From assembly GCA_964016885.1 (NCBI GenBank), contig OZ024750.1, positions 5,642,001 to 5,706,000 on the forward strand: 64,000 nt of DNA, written 5' to 3'. The DNA is from Eledone cirrhosa. Its lineage: Eukaryota. The position numbers were made by a program, and so were the translations under genes. Under the pieces are notes generated by a model. That model was not told where the DNA came from. It saw only the letters and a list, made by a program, of their open reading frames with translations, and made no database searches. Below are positions 27,940 through 42,805 of this stretch, piece after piece (the first letter of the stretch is position 1; each line of letters begins with the position of its first letter).

Positions 27940-29018
27940 ATATGTGTGTGTGTATTGAGTGGTTGGGAACGTGTAATTTAACTAATTAATAGAAAGAAAA
28001 TCGAAGTTAAATACTTGGATGATATACGGAGGCTTCAGTCGTAATCCTTACTCTCCTGTTTCTGCATGCTTGACACATGACGACATGTGGTGATAATTTA
28101 AGACTGCCATCTACAGTGCGCACTGATAGAAGGCGGCAGACGTTGGAAAGTTAGAGACATTTGCAGTGCTTAAAGAGAACGCTTGAGATGTTGACATCTT
28201 GAATAATCGACTAAAGCTGGTTGCATTAATAAACTAGGACACACTAAATGAGAGGAATTGAACTAGAGAAGAGGGTCTGAGTAGATGGAAAGAAATCTGA
28301 GAGAAAATGTGAGAACGAAAGAGTAAATGAGTGGAGTGGTGACAGGAAGACAATATAGGATATGGGAGAAAATATCAAATTGAAAAATTTGAAAGAGAGA
28401 AAGAGAGAAAGAAGGAGAGAGGAAGAGAGAGAGAGAGAAAGCATGATAGAGGGAGAGATAGAGAATATCTTTTTATCAGAATGGTAGAGAGATAATTACA
28501 TAAAGGAGAGGAGAGAAGAAGGAGTAAAAATAAAATACATGAAAGGAAAATATAAAAAAAAAAACAGACATCGATATATAGGCAGCTAGCTAGAGAGTTA
28601 TCTAGGTAGATAGATAGATAGGTAGGTAGGTAGGTAGATAGATAAATAGATAGATAGATAGATAGATAGGTAGGTAGGTAGGTAGGTAGGTAAGTAGGTA
28701 GGTAGGTAGGTAGATTGGTAGGTAGGTAGATAGTGAGAACATGAAGAGAATTCTGAGAGGGGAGTGAAGTAGAAAAAGAGAAAAGGAGGAAAGGATAGGA
28801 AAAACTGAAGAAATGAAGGCGTTTAAATGACATAGAACCATAGTGACACACAACAACTGGATTGATGTTTGCTAGTAAATGGCTTTTTTCAAAATGGCGA
28901 TATGTTCCACTTAACCCACAGTACAAGCGACAGTGGAACAACTACAACTTCATTCTCACTCGGTTATTCAGGGCTGAATCTGTTAAGACATACGTTCCAA
29001 AAGTTTCTGTATATCTGT

Positions 29019-29111
<93 letters not shown>

Positions 29112-29171
29112 ATATGTATATATGGAGGGTCAGATACCCCAGTGAGAGAATATTCTCCGAAATCATTAGAC

Positions 29172-29259
29172 GTGTCCGTCGAACCTGCGGGTCCAGAATC
29201 AGACAGATCCACACAATGATCGCGTCTCGAGCTGTCCGCCGGCGAAACAATTGTAACAC
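29172..29259 (+). ncRNA. Degenerate long-stem-II hammerhead-like motif (family E)
   Basis: gtgt-ccgtcga-acctgcgg...ccgccggc-GAAAC-aatt-GTA-acac then aataaa; related to 45311-45395. Confidence 0.45.
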
Positions 29260-29301
29260 ACAATAAATTGAGTTCAGATGCATCACTGATTTTTCGTTTT
29301 C

Positions 29302-29345
<44 letters not shown>

Positions 29346-29420
29346 TATATATATGTTAAACACTCGCTTGAGGGGGGCTTCTTTTCTGAATACCTGCTTT
29401 CCAGCTCTATGAGAGTTTCT

Positions 29421-29456
<36 letters not shown>

Positions 29457-29493
29457 AACTACTACTACTACTATATATATATATATATATATA

Positions 29494-29687
29494 TAACGAA
29501 GGAATTGTGGTAAGGAACCAGATGGACCATAACGCACCAAAGTACTTAATATTTAGGGTAGTAGAGTGGGTAATAGGAAAAGGTATGACTCCGATGGCAG
29601 AGCTCAAGCCGTTTCGACGGCTATTTCTGGACTGAAATAGCCGTCAAAACGGCTTGAGCTCTGCCGTCGGCGTCATACCTTTTCCTA
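29494..29687 (-). mobile_element. Family A fold-back element
   Basis: Palindrome folded at ctatttc-tggact-gaaatag; (TA)n flanks. Confidence 0.85.
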
Positions 29688-29949
29688 TATATATATATAT
29701 ATATATATATATGCCCATGACTATTTGCTATCAGTGTTTTTATTGGGTTTTGTTTTAGCGTTGCTTTCATTTATTGTAAAAATATATTAATAGTATTGGG
29801 AGATGATGACATAGAAATAAAATAAGTGCAATGGGGAACTGTTATTGAATTGAATGTGTGTCGCATATAATGAATACAACCATTAATAGGGATAATTCCA
29901 AAATGTGTATAAAACTGTGAGGCCTTGTAGAAATTTTATATATTTTTGT

Positions 29950-30300
29950 TCGTTTCCTTTTATATGATATACACTGCACCAGTTATTGTTGGTATCGTTT
30001 TTATCATGACTAATGACTTCAATGCACTCCTTGCCATTTCCAAGGTCCTTGTACTTTAATAGTTTTCGACTTCCGGCTGATATTTGGTCGGAAGAGATCG
30101 AGATTGTCTATTACAGTGCATATATTTTCATTTCCGTCTTAGAATATGATATTTGACGTTTTGTTTTGATGTCGGCATTAGTCGGGACAGGCATGTTATA
30201 CACTGTGATAGCCATGACATTTCTCCTACCATCTTTGTTGCGTGATAATTCAATTTACTTTCAGTTTTCAACTGGAAGTGTCAGCATATCTCTCAATGAA
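29950..30300 (-). pseudogene. R4/Dong-like LINE restriction-like endonuclease relic
   Basis: Minus strand [38 protein letters not shown] resemble the TILWD-P--TD--I--NRPD...KYKDL...IP-V-GALG pattern. Confidence 0.6.
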
Positions 30301-30319
30301 TATAGCCTAGCTATTTACT

Positions 30320-30321
<2 letters not shown>

Positions 30322-30414
<93 letters not shown>

Positions 30415-30540
30415 TATATATATATATGTATTATATATATATATATGTATTATATATATATATATATGTATTATATATATATATATATATATATATGTAT
30501 TATATATATATATATATGTATACATATATATATATATATG

Positions 30541-30574
<34 letters not shown>

Positions 30575-30606
30575 TGATATATATGTATATATATATATAT
30601 ATGTAT

Positions 30607-30655
<49 letters not shown>

Positions 30656-30808
30656 GTATATATATATATGTATATATATATATGTATATATATATATGTA
30701 TATATATATATATGTATATATATATATGTATATATATATATATGTATATATATATATGTATATATATGTATATATATATATATATGTATATATATATGTA
30801 TATATATG

Positions 30809-30841
<33 letters not shown>

Positions 30842-30954
30842 GTATATATATATATGTATATATATATATATGTATATATATATGTATATATATATGTATA
30901 TATATATATATGTATATATATATGTGTATATATATATATATGTATATATATATG

Positions 30955-30985
<31 letters not shown>

Positions 30986-30986
30986 G

Positions 30987-31022
<36 letters not shown>

Positions 31023-31172
31023 TATGTGTATATATGTATATATACACATACAAGCATATATACATGCATATATATATACATAAATATATATATATATGTA
31101 TATATATGTATAAATGTGTATGTATGTATATATATATGTATATATATATATATGTGTATATATGTGTGTATA

Positions 31173-31229
<57 letters not shown>

Positions 31230-31270
31230 GTGTGTGTGTATGTGTGTGTGTGTGTGTACGTGTACGTATA
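30322..31270. repeat. ~0.95 kb (TA)n array with G interruptions
   Basis: Direct reading. Confidence 0.97.
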
Positions 31271-31540
31271 TGTGATGTGTGTGCTAGCCAGGCCTGAGTT
31301 ACCGGAAATGGTAAGATCAATTGTTTCATTATGTTGACTACATCGTCTGTAGTTGATGTCTGTTTACTATTTTATTCTATTACTATTTTACAGGCTAGAC
31401 GTTGATGTTGCCATTTCTCGCAGCTTTTAAGTCATTATTATTAATTTTCATATCGCTTCACTTCCTTTCTCTTCAGTCTCGTCAGGATAGAGAACAGCAA
31501 GGAACTTTCATTACTTTTTTATTATTCATTATTATTTGAT

Positions 31541-31730
31541 GCGGTGAATTGGCAGTATCGGTAGAGAGTCGGACGCCATGCTTTGCAGCATAGAGTTACG
31601 GCCTTCTACGGTCTGAGTTCAAATCCCGCCGAGGTTAACTTTGCCTTTCATCCTTACGGGGGTCGATAAAATAAAGTACCAGTAATGCACTGTGTAATTG
31701 CTGGCCTTGTGCCAAAAGTAGAAACAGTTA
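31541..31730 (+). mobile_element. SINE family 1, short subtype
   Basis: Full-length match to family. Confidence 0.9.
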
Positions 31731-31746
31731 TTATTTGACGCAGTAG

Positions 31747-31966
31747 GGTGGCGGATTCGCAGTATCAGTAGAGGATCGGACGCCGTGCTTTGCAGCACAG
31801 AGTTACGTCCCTTGACGGTCTGAGTTCAAATCCCGCCGAGGTTAACTTTACTTTTCATCCTTTCGGGGTCGATAAAATATCGTAGCAGTAATACACCAGA
31901 GTCGATTTAATCGACTTTCCCTTTCCCCCAAATTGCTGGCCTTGTGCCTACATTAGAAACCATTAT
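31747..31966 (+). mobile_element. SINE family 1, long subtype (tandem with previous copy)
   Basis: Contains gtcgatttaatcgactttccc segment. Confidence 0.9.
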
Positions 31967-32201
31967 TATGACTTGTAGTAGGGTGGCGGATCGATAGAAT
32001 CTTTAGAGAGTGAGGTCAAAAGGGTTTGTTGCATTTAGTATTGCCCCCCCCCCCCCCCCCCGGGTCAGCTTTGCCTTTCATCCGTATGGAGTTGATAAAA
32101 TGAAGTACCTAAATCAGAAAGCCGTATGTTTCACACTCACAGTGCCAACAGAAATTTAATTGTCTTTCGCTTCTCGTTATATAAAATAAACACGCAGACC
32201 G

Positions 32202-32261
<60 letters not shown>

Positions 32262-32313
32262 GTAGAACACTGGTGAACGCTCAGTCAATGGGACGTGTTT
32301 GGTATAAGTAGTT

Positions 32314-32354
32314 CCGAACTGAAGATCCAAATAAGGTGAAACATTTGTTGTCGG
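32314..32354 (+). ncRNA. Degenerate minimal hammerhead-like motif in TA-flanked island
   Basis: ccgaa-CTGAAGA-tccaaataaggt-GAAAC-attt-GTT-gtcgg. Confidence 0.4.
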
Positions 32355-32383
32355 TATGGTGAACTAACTGTTGTGGAACTACT

Positions 32384-32693
<310 letters not shown>

Positions 32694-33533
32694 ATGGAAA
32701 ACATATACAAGAAGAAGAAGAAGAAGAAGCAAAGCCAAAGATATACTGTATAGAGTATACAACTAAACCCAACTGAAATGATATGCAGCAACGCTCTGTT
32801 CACAGATAACTGTATGTTCTAATATTCTAATGAATTCTGTGTTTTTGTACCACAGAAGTTGATGCTAAGGTTTCTGTCAGTCTGCTTGAGTCCTGGAAAA
32901 TGATATATTGTTGTAGAACTATTGATTGAGATCTTTATCAATATGACCAACGTGCTGCTGGTTGTATTAAGGTATTGAGTTTTATCGGACGGAACTAGTT
33001 TTATCGCCGCTAATTTTACAACGACGGTCGTAATATGTGTATGAGTCAGTACGTACGTATGAGATAATCGCACTGAAGATAAGTCACACACACACGCATA
33101 TATATATATACACACTCACACACACACACACACATCAACAACACACATATACACACACATACACACATACTCAAACACACAGACACACATGAGAGACACG
33201 CGCACACGCACGCACATGCATGCGCTTACACATACACGCTCTTACATGCACACGCACGCACGCACATGCATTCATATAGAATAATATATATATAGGAACC
33301 CACATTCACATATATATATTTATATATATAAACATACTAACATGCATACATATGCACACACATACATTCATAAATACATACATACACATACATATGTAAG
33401 TATATATACACGTGGGTATACACTGCCTATATATCTGCAAAGATTCATTTATATTATTAAATTACGAGAGCAGACAGCCCTCCCCACCCTCACCACTTGA
33501 ATTGTAAGCCATCATCATCATCATCATCATCAC

Positions 33534-33575
<42 letters not shown>

Positions 33576-33576
<1 letters not shown>

Positions 33577-33763
33577 GGTGGATTGGCGGTATCGGTAGAG
33601 GGTCGGACGCCATGCTTTGCAGCATAGAGTTACGGCCCTTTATGATCTGAGTTCAAATCCCACCAAGGTGAACTCTGCCTTTCATCCTTATAGGGTCAAT
33701 AAAATAAAGTACCAGTAATACACTGGGGTAATTGCTGGCCTTGTGCCTAACGTAGAAACAATT
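33576..33763 (+). mobile_element. SINE family 1
   Basis: Full-length match, following a (TAT)n run. Confidence 0.9.
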
Positions 33764-33844
33764 ATATATTTTATATTTTAATATTTATTATTTATATTAT
33801 TTGGATTTCTATTTCCTCCTCCTCCTTCTCCCCCTCCTTCTCCT

Positions 33845-34085
33845 CTTCACCATCACCATCACCATCATCATCATCATCATCAATATTGTCATCACCATCA
33901 CCATCACCATCACCATCATCATCATCCTCATCATTCTCATCATCACCATCACTATCATCGCCATCATCATCATCACCACCACCATAACCATCATCATAAT
34001 TATCATCATCATCATAATTATCATCATCATTATCCTCCCCATCATCCCCATCATTGTCATCATCATCGTCGTCAGGAGCATCATC
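33845..34085. repeat. Degenerate (CAT/CAC)n array
   Basis: Direct reading. Confidence 0.9.
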
Positions 34086-35026
34086 GTCTTTGAAGAACCT
34101 TATTAATATTGTTGTTGTTGTTGTTGTTGTTGTAAGTCACTAACCACCGAAAGAACAATTGTATGTATCAAGATAAGTAGATAAGTTTTTTTTTTCTGAC
34201 TGTTATAGTAAACATGAGACGGCAATGGCGGTGTTGGAGATGTTGGCGGCGGCGGCGTCGAGGAACGAGACGGGCTTCGTTGGTTCCCCCTTTTTTTTTT
34301 GCCTTTCTTTTTTCTTCTTCTCTATTGATTACACACATTTAAGCCCGTTCCTCGGGGGTATACTAAACATTACCATACAGAAAAGTAGACTCCCCTAGGG
34401 CGTCGTAAGCGGAGCCGAGTTTGAGGCAGTAGATTATCTGACTAACATCAGTTTTATAAATGAATTAAGAGTAGACATCCTTGAAGGTTATTATCGAGTT
34501 CGAAAGATTAAAACTGTCTTTTGCTTATCCTTTATAAATTGATAGCAATTTTGGCGTAGTTTGATTGTGGTTTGATATCGTTATTGTTGCTGTTGTCACT
34601 GTTGGTAGTGATGATGGGATATTTTTTATTTATTTATTGGTATTTATTCAATAATCTTGCTGGCTACTGTTGCTGTTAATGTTGCTGCTACTGTTGCTGC
34701 TACTGTTGCTGCTACTGTTGCTGCTACTGTTGCTGCTATCCATTTTTTTTCTTTTATTAAGTTTTCATGATATTATGCTGTGTTTTGTTTTCGTTTCCAG
34801 CTCTTCAATCTTCTGCAGTTGTTAATCTTCTCCTTCCTCTTCGTATATAATCTTCTCAACTGATTATTATCCTCTCTTGGTAAATCGATATCACGTGATT
34901 TGATGATGAAAGGAAGCGAGATATCTATCATCAATTCAAAATGAAAAGTGTAGGTAATGAGGGTGTAGATCAGGGGTGTTCAAATGGTGTGTCCTGACAC
35001 ATTAGTGGGTCACAAAATTAATAAGA

Positions 35027-35533
35027 CTAGCAGAAAAACCACCCTTCGGGTCGTTTTCTGCTAGCATGTGTAGTGTACATATTGATATTATATGCAAATA
35101 TATACATGCATGTAGATATGATATGTCAAATAAAATCGTAATTGACAATATCCACAGAAATTGAAGAGAGACTGTGTTACACTGTCTTATGTAATCAGTA
35201 AAGTGATCCATGATACATTTTAAAAATACGATGTTATATATAAACTGCATTACGGTGAAATGTAATGAAACCTTATATAACGATGCAAATATATAAACGT
35301 ATATATAAGCAATGTAATAAGTGTTATGATATAACGAACGCTAACCGGAAGTGTAGACATTTGAACATTTTAAAAGAAGTGAATCTTAAAATAATCAACA
35401 GCTACGAAATTTAGTAGATAAATTATGTAATATTCATTCATTATTTATTCAAAGTATTCTAACTTATTTTACTAACATGATAAAAAAATATATTCGGGTC
35501 GCAGTCCCGTACTCCTCCCTTTATTATAGTTAT
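35027..35533 (-). mobile_element. Non-autonomous Helitron, copy 2
   Basis: Colinear with 2274-2736, including ctagcagaaaaaccacccttcgggtcg terminus. Confidence 0.8.
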
Positions 35534-36018
35534 AATATGACGCGAGAGTACGACAAAAATATCTGCAAAAATAAACAACGGAGAGCAGCAATCTAGAGAT
35601 TTGAAATCGTTATACAAACTGTAACTCTTGCTGTGGATTACAGTAAAATCAAACCAGTGAGACTTATGTTGGGTTCTTTGAAGCACAGGGCGCTGCTCTA
35701 TGTGCAGTTCCTACAGTACTCTACTGACTCCAGCGAGTAGGTCTTTCCCATTGACTGGTTTAAGTTTAATCTGTATAACACCCACATAGGCCATTGCTGC
35801 AATTATGTTCTGCTTTGATACACTAGAGTCTGAATCCAACATCCTGCTGCCAATCACAGTAACCCTGGCAGCGTGGTTGTCGGATTCTAAGCCTTGCCAA
35901 AGAGCAACCCGCGTTTTGTTCGGAAATACTTATTTGTTTCCTTACTAATAATGTTTTGTTTCTTTACTAATAACTCGGAGTTACAAACCTATATTTTCTT
36001 ACGTATAATTGAGTGAGG

Positions 36019-36128
<110 letters not shown>

Positions 36129-37069
36129 CATGTGGGTATGTGTATATCCATATACTGTATATGTCTATACGTGTCTGTCTATACACATGTATGTATGTTT
36201 ATTTATTTCATCTCCTATGGCAGACTTGGAAATGCGACAGCTAAATCCGAACTGAATTCGGATCTAGCTGTCGAAACGACTGGAGCTCAGCCGTCGGGGT
36301 CCTGAATCTTTTCATATTACCCACTCTACAACCTCAAGTATCGAGTACTCTATATTAAATATTAAATTCTCTCTCTATGTACACCCCCCACCCCACCCCC
36401 ACCCCCCACACACACACATACAGACACACGCACACATACACACACAGACACACACACAGACACATACACACACACACACAGACACACACACTCAGACACA
36501 CACAGACACACACATACAGACATACACACACACAGACACACACAGACACACACACACAGACACACACACACAGACACACACAGACACACACACAGACACA
36601 CAGACACACACACAGACACACACAGACACACAGAGACACACACACACACACGCGGCGCGCGTGCCCTATGTTGTAACATAAATTCCCGCCGTTGTTATAT
36701 GCTTCGTAATAAGAAAAACGGCGGGAACGTATGTTACAAACCAATATATACGTATATGGTAGTTAATGATTTTGGAAATACTGAGATTTCTGCCAGTGAT
36801 TTATGTAATATGTAAAGTAATATTTCATAGATGAGAATACTAATGAGATGCAGCGCTAAATTAAAGAGAAACAATAAATGCCTATCTTATAAAATTGTTA
36901 TTAAGGCAAATTATAATATTGTATGAATAATTAATGAGAACTGATCGATATACAGTTCACACCTTCCGGGCATCCAATACAAATGGAGTTTTAGTATTAT
37001 CTAAAGACAGTATTCAATATGGTGGAAAGCGGTTGGCTTTCAGCGTTGTGACTTGGAGCTGAAAAGCTG

Positions 37070-37133
<64 letters not shown>

Positions 37134-37214
37134 AATATATAAAGACCATAGAGCAAATATTTATTAAAATAACAGATTAAAGTTTAAGCAAAGAATCGCT
37201 GCTTTCACCCTTAA

Positions 37215-37496
37215 CGGGTATGGCCTAGTGGTAAGGGTGTTGGATTTACGATCATAATGCCGTGGGTTCGATTCCTGGGTTGCGTGTTGTGTTCTTGAGC
37301 AAAACACTTCATTTCACGTTGCTCCAGTATACTCAGCTGAAAATGAGTACCAGCAATAGCCGGGGGGGGGGGGTGTAACCCTGCGATGGACTGGCGTCAT
37401 GTCCAGGGGGGAATCTTGTACCCCAGTCACTTCACGCCATGAAACCGGGATAAACACCGGTCAAATGAGCCTTCTGGCTTAAGACAGACTTTAGAC

Positions 37497-37500
<4 letters not shown>
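37215..37500 (+). mobile_element. tRNA-derived SINE with CORE-like and V-SINE-like segments
   Basis: A-box tggcctagtggtaag, B-box gggttcgattcc, tgtgttcttgagcaaaacactt, ccctgcgatggactggcgtcatgtccaggg, short-repeat tail gactttagactttt. Confidence 0.8.
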
Positions 37501-37531
<31 letters not shown>

Positions 37532-37534
<3 letters not shown>

Positions 37535-37852
37535 CACATTAATCAGTATACATTGAGGATGAAAAACTCAGAGCTGTATGGGAGCCTCCCAAAAGTCAGC
37601 TCAAAAGTGACACAGAGGAGACTGAGGTTAGCTGGACATGCTCACCGACATCCAGAGTTGACATTGCACTCAGTGCTCCTGTGGGAGCCCCTACATGGAC
37701 ACACTGGAAGAGGAAGACCAAGGTTAACGTATGTTGATGCTCTAAGAACAGACACTGGTCTGTTGGAGACGCAGGACATGGCAGCGATAATGAGGGACAG
37801 AGACCGCTGGAGAGAACTCGTCCATGGATCTCGGGAATTTTGCCCGCCTTAG
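37532..37852 (+). pseudogene. RTE-clade LINE 3' fragment, same family as 9989-10690
   Basis: INQYTLRMKNS..GRGRPRLTYVDALRTDTGLLETQDMAA shared with the first copy. Confidence 0.9.
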
Positions 37853-37855
37853 ATA

Positions 37856-37937
37856 TATATGCACTGACGAGCAATAGAATTGGTAATTCCCTTTCACTTA
37901 ATTGCGAAACAGCATTGCGAGAAGCTGTCTGGATGTA
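37856..37937 (+). ncRNA. Canonical type I hammerhead ribozyme
   Basis: tatatgca-CTGACGA-gcaat...attgc-GAA-acagc(loop)gctgt-C-tggatgta; intact core, 5-bp stems II and III, GUC site at 37929. Confidence 0.8.
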
Positions 37938-38100
37938 CAATTTGATAGTTATCACAATTTCGGTTTGTATTTTTTCTTAATTTATTCTTTTAAATTGAGT
38001 CAGGCAACCCGTATTGTTCATAGTTGGTGTCCTATTCACCCTAGAGAATCTGGCCCCTTACGATTTGAACACATATATGTGTTTATCTCTCTTTATTATA

Positions 38101-38282
38101 TTTGGCAGTATCGGTAGAGAGTCGGACACCATGCTTTGAAGCATAGAGTTACGTCCCTTTATGATCTGAGTTCAAATCTCGCCGAGGTTAACTTTGCCTT
38201 TCATCCTTACGGGATCGATAAAATAAAGTACCAGTAATGTACTGGGTAATTGCTGGCCTTGTGCCTAAAATAGAAACAATTA
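38101..38282 (+). mobile_element. SINE family 1
   Basis: Near full-length match. Confidence 0.9.
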
Positions 38283-38386
38283 TATTGAATTATATTACAC
38301 GGCCCAGAAACATTTTTTTCCTTGTTCTATTTAATTGTAACTGACTATTTAGAGTTTCTAACTCAATATATACTTTTGATATATAC

Positions 38387-39078
<692 letters not shown>

Positions 39079-39101
39079 AGTGACGGGGTCTACAATGGCC
39101 G

Positions 39102-39240
39102 TTACATGGTGTTAGGGTTAGATGGATCATTTGTTGATATTCTTTCCGCTGATGTTGGTGTAAAAGTGTCTAAACCTGCAATGGCGGTGGAAGCGTGACT
39201 GGAGCTGTTACTTGTATCTTCTGGTGAAGAGGCCAACCTC
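39102..39240 (-). CDS. Candidate terminal coding exon (Ser/Thr-rich, unknown protein)
   Basis: tatttgcAG acceptor; single long frame RLASSPEDTSNSSSHASTAIAGLDTFTPTSAERISTNDPSNPNTM*; no homology recognised. Confidence 0.3.
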
Positions 39241-40413
39241 CTGCAAATATATTTTATTGATGGTGAATTGGCAGTATCGGTAGAAGAAGAAGAAGACGAC
39301 GAGGTAGAAGAAGAAGAAAGAGAAGAAGAAGAAGAAGGATGATTACGATGATGCTGATGCTTGGTGGATGAGTCGATGTCGATAAATGCAATTTGTGTCA
39401 GTGTTTATGATGGATGCGATCGTGTGAGGTGTATGGCTGGTGGTGTCAGTGATTGTATTTATGGGTGTGTTTGGCATCGTCGTAGTCGTGTGAGACCAAG
39501 GCTAAAAGCTTCGAAAACAATCGCTTAGTTTTTTTCTTTTTAGAAAGTAGTGGGTCGGTGAATGTAAAAACAAAACCAAATAAGGTGCACCTAAGCTTAT
39601 ATAATCACTGTATATGTATTTGTAAGAGTTATTTTTTTCCTTGTGTGCTGTTTATATAATAGAAATAGCACCTGCTCCGCTGTGAAGACAAATAGAGATT
39701 TTGAACATTTTAGGACTAACTGCTTTGCGGGAGATGAGTCAGTCTGAGTCAATGTAATAAAAAGGCAATATATTGTGTGAAAAATCTGACAAGGAATCAT
39801 GCAATTCAAATTGTTGTTATCTGTTTTACTAATCTAGATTTACAGACGGCGACGAGTTGTATTCTGAGCTATTTACAACAAGTTTAGGTCTTCATTTTAA
39901 CGTTTATCTGTTGCTAAAGTCACGTGGTTATCGTTCTGTATCATTCATTTTCTCAATATCTGTTTGCTGGACAGGGTAGGCGGTAGGGTCTGGAGAAATC
40001 GGGAGGTATTTGTGAATAGGGAATTATGAGCTATACACATACTACAAACTAGTAATAATTTGATATGTCATTACGTGTCATTCTGTGTCATACTGAGTCA
40101 TTTCACTGATCGCTTATCATGATATGGCTGTTTATGGCATAAATATTGATATGTGATATATTTCGCCAGTTAAAATCGTTGAGTAAGAAGATATACACAG
40201 GGGAACTGAATACGCAAACAGATTTCGATCGTCGATTCAAAAACCACTTCAGTTTCCCCGTTAATATCCCTGAAAAATGTATGCTAGTAGCACAAACTAA
40301 TTCTCCTAATAATTTTCGATTAGTGACCTACGTAAGAATTCAATAACATATATATTTGGTATGATTTATTATCTATTACACAGCATATTGTTTCTTGTGG
40401 AAAAAACACTGCT

Positions 40414-40460
<47 letters not shown>

Positions 40461-40463
<3 letters not shown>

Positions 40464-40623
40464 ATATAGAAAAGGCTTCTACAGGACTAGAACTGTTTCA
40501 TTCGGGAGTAATCTCCCAGTTCTAGTCCTGTTGAAGCCTTTTCTATATTAAATATTTATACTCTGCTATGTATTGAGTACCTTACTTACTGTGGTTACCC
40601 CCGATTGAACCCGGGATAAACTT
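40461..40623 (+). mobile_element. Fold-back TA-embedded element family B
   Basis: ttaatatagaaaaggcttc...gaagccttttctatattaa hairpin plus ~70 nt tail; inverted homolog at 54270-54460. Confidence 0.85.
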
Positions 40624-40735
40624 ATATATATATATATATATGTTTGTGCGTGATGCATGTGTGTGTGCTATAGGGTATTGTATAAATGTTGTAATTAATA
40701 CGTTGTATATATATATATATATATATATATGTATT

Positions 40736-40772
<37 letters not shown>

Positions 40773-41819
40773 ATATGTTCAGTTTTTATAAAGAGCTCAA
40801 GAGATCAAAGTAGATAGGAAAAAGCAGTAAAAAAATCACTTATAACAAAATGATTGCAATCACACGAGAACTGTGTTGCTCATCTCAAGTAGGGTTTGAA
40901 ATATGGGCATGGTGGAAGGGAAGATCGATTATAATGGTATTTCATTCTATCAACTTTGGAAGGTTAACAGCAATATTGACCTTGGTGGGATTTGAACACG
41001 GAAAGTAAAAGCCGGAACAAACACTGCCTAGCGTTTGTCTGGCGCTCTACCGAATCCGTCAATCAACTGGACCGATAGAAGGACATATTGCTCTCAAATA
41101 TTTTTCCCTAAATCACTGATCTACGATTGTTATGTCAAAGAATCGCGGAAGCTATTCATTTAAACATCTATGAGAAAGCAGGCGTTCAACTGTAAAAGTC
41201 TTGATAAGATAAACTACTGATGGATTTGGCAAAGCTAACGGTGCACCGTCTTGCATAAAAAATCATTGAGATAGCACATGCTGTTGCGACACAGCAAGAT
41301 AATTATCAGTATTGACGTTTCCTTTCTCATCAAAAGATGAATGGTTTGAGTGGATATTCAGTTGTTAAACACATTTATAAAAGAAGCTTGTAACTATTCA
41401 TTGGTAATTTGTATTCGTTTTTCTGTTTGTGTCGATTGTAGATTGTTGATTGTATGTTTAAGTAAATGCATCAAGGTAAATGGGAATTATTTAGAAGTTA
41501 ATTTAAAAATGCGTTTTGTTTGATCCGATTTATCAAGTCTTCTATTATAAATATATTATAAGGATATAGTAGGAGATCCATTCTCAGTGTGGGCTGCATT
41601 GATGATTTTAGAATCCCCATATATAAAGTAATAGAATGTATTATATATATTCTTTTATTAGTTTCGGTCACTGAACTATGTCAATGTTGAGATACTAGCT
41701 TCAAGGTAAGTTAGAAGATCATATTGACCTCAGTATTTATTTCATCGATCTGGCTAAATGGTGGCTAAATTAATTGATTTATACATCTATGGTTTTTGTT
41801 TTAGATCCACATATAAACA

Positions 41820-42052
41820 CACGGTTCCGACGAGGAGTGTTCTAGCTGTAGGAACAGCGATACTGCTTCCTAGTGTGTAAGTGGCTGAGCATTCCATAGA
41901 CACGTGTATTATTAACATATTTCTCAGGGAGATTCTACGTTACACAGTATGTGACAAGGTTGGGCTTTAGATTTAAAGATACAACTCCTGTTTGCCCTCG
42001 AACTCATGGCCTTGCGATGGCGAGTCAAACACCTTAACCGCTAAGCCACTGG
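41820..42052 (-). mobile_element. SINE family 2, degenerate
   Basis: gtggctgagcattccatagacacgtgt...ctcagggagatt...gtgacaagg; tRNA-like head near 42000-42050. Confidence 0.6.
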
Positions 42053-42096
42053 CTTTATATAAATATAGTTACAATTTGCTTACAAACCAAAAGTAT

Positions 42097-42236
<140 letters not shown>

Positions 42237-42769
42237 CTATCTCTCGCTGCTTTCCCTCTCTTATGCACATATTTGTCATCAATTGAACATAACATTTGAT
42301 GACTTAGAGTAACTCCAGATATTGAACTTATTAGCTTATTTACTTTCTAAGAAAGCCAATAACTTCCCTCCTTTAGTGAATAAGCGGATAACTATAGATT
42401 CAAATGAGGAAACAAATCTCCAAAATCCATATTCTCCTAACTATTCAACATCAGAATGAGTTACTACTATATGCTGCGTAACACAGCATCTAAATTCAAT
42501 GAAAATAAATGTTCGTTTCTCTATATGTGCCTGCTGCCTATCTTGCGGAGAAGAGAAGACACTTAACAAATGTATATTAGAAATGTTAGATAAGGCAGTT
42601 AGTTACTATTAAAAATTAAGTCTAAAACGTTGCCATTTATTAAACCAGCCTTAATTCCTGTCTTGAACAACCTCATAAGTGTCTCTATATATATAAGTGT
42701 ATATATATATACACATATAAGTGTGTATATATATATATATAAGTGTATATACATATAAGTGTATATATG

Positions 42770-42805
<36 letters not shown>

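Noticed and set aside
34200-34430. GC-richer patch as promoter or 5' exon
   Set aside because: No ORF, splice or motif evidence sufficient to call
37215-37280. tRNA gene
   Set aside because: A/B boxes continue into a SINE body; no complete cloverleaf evident
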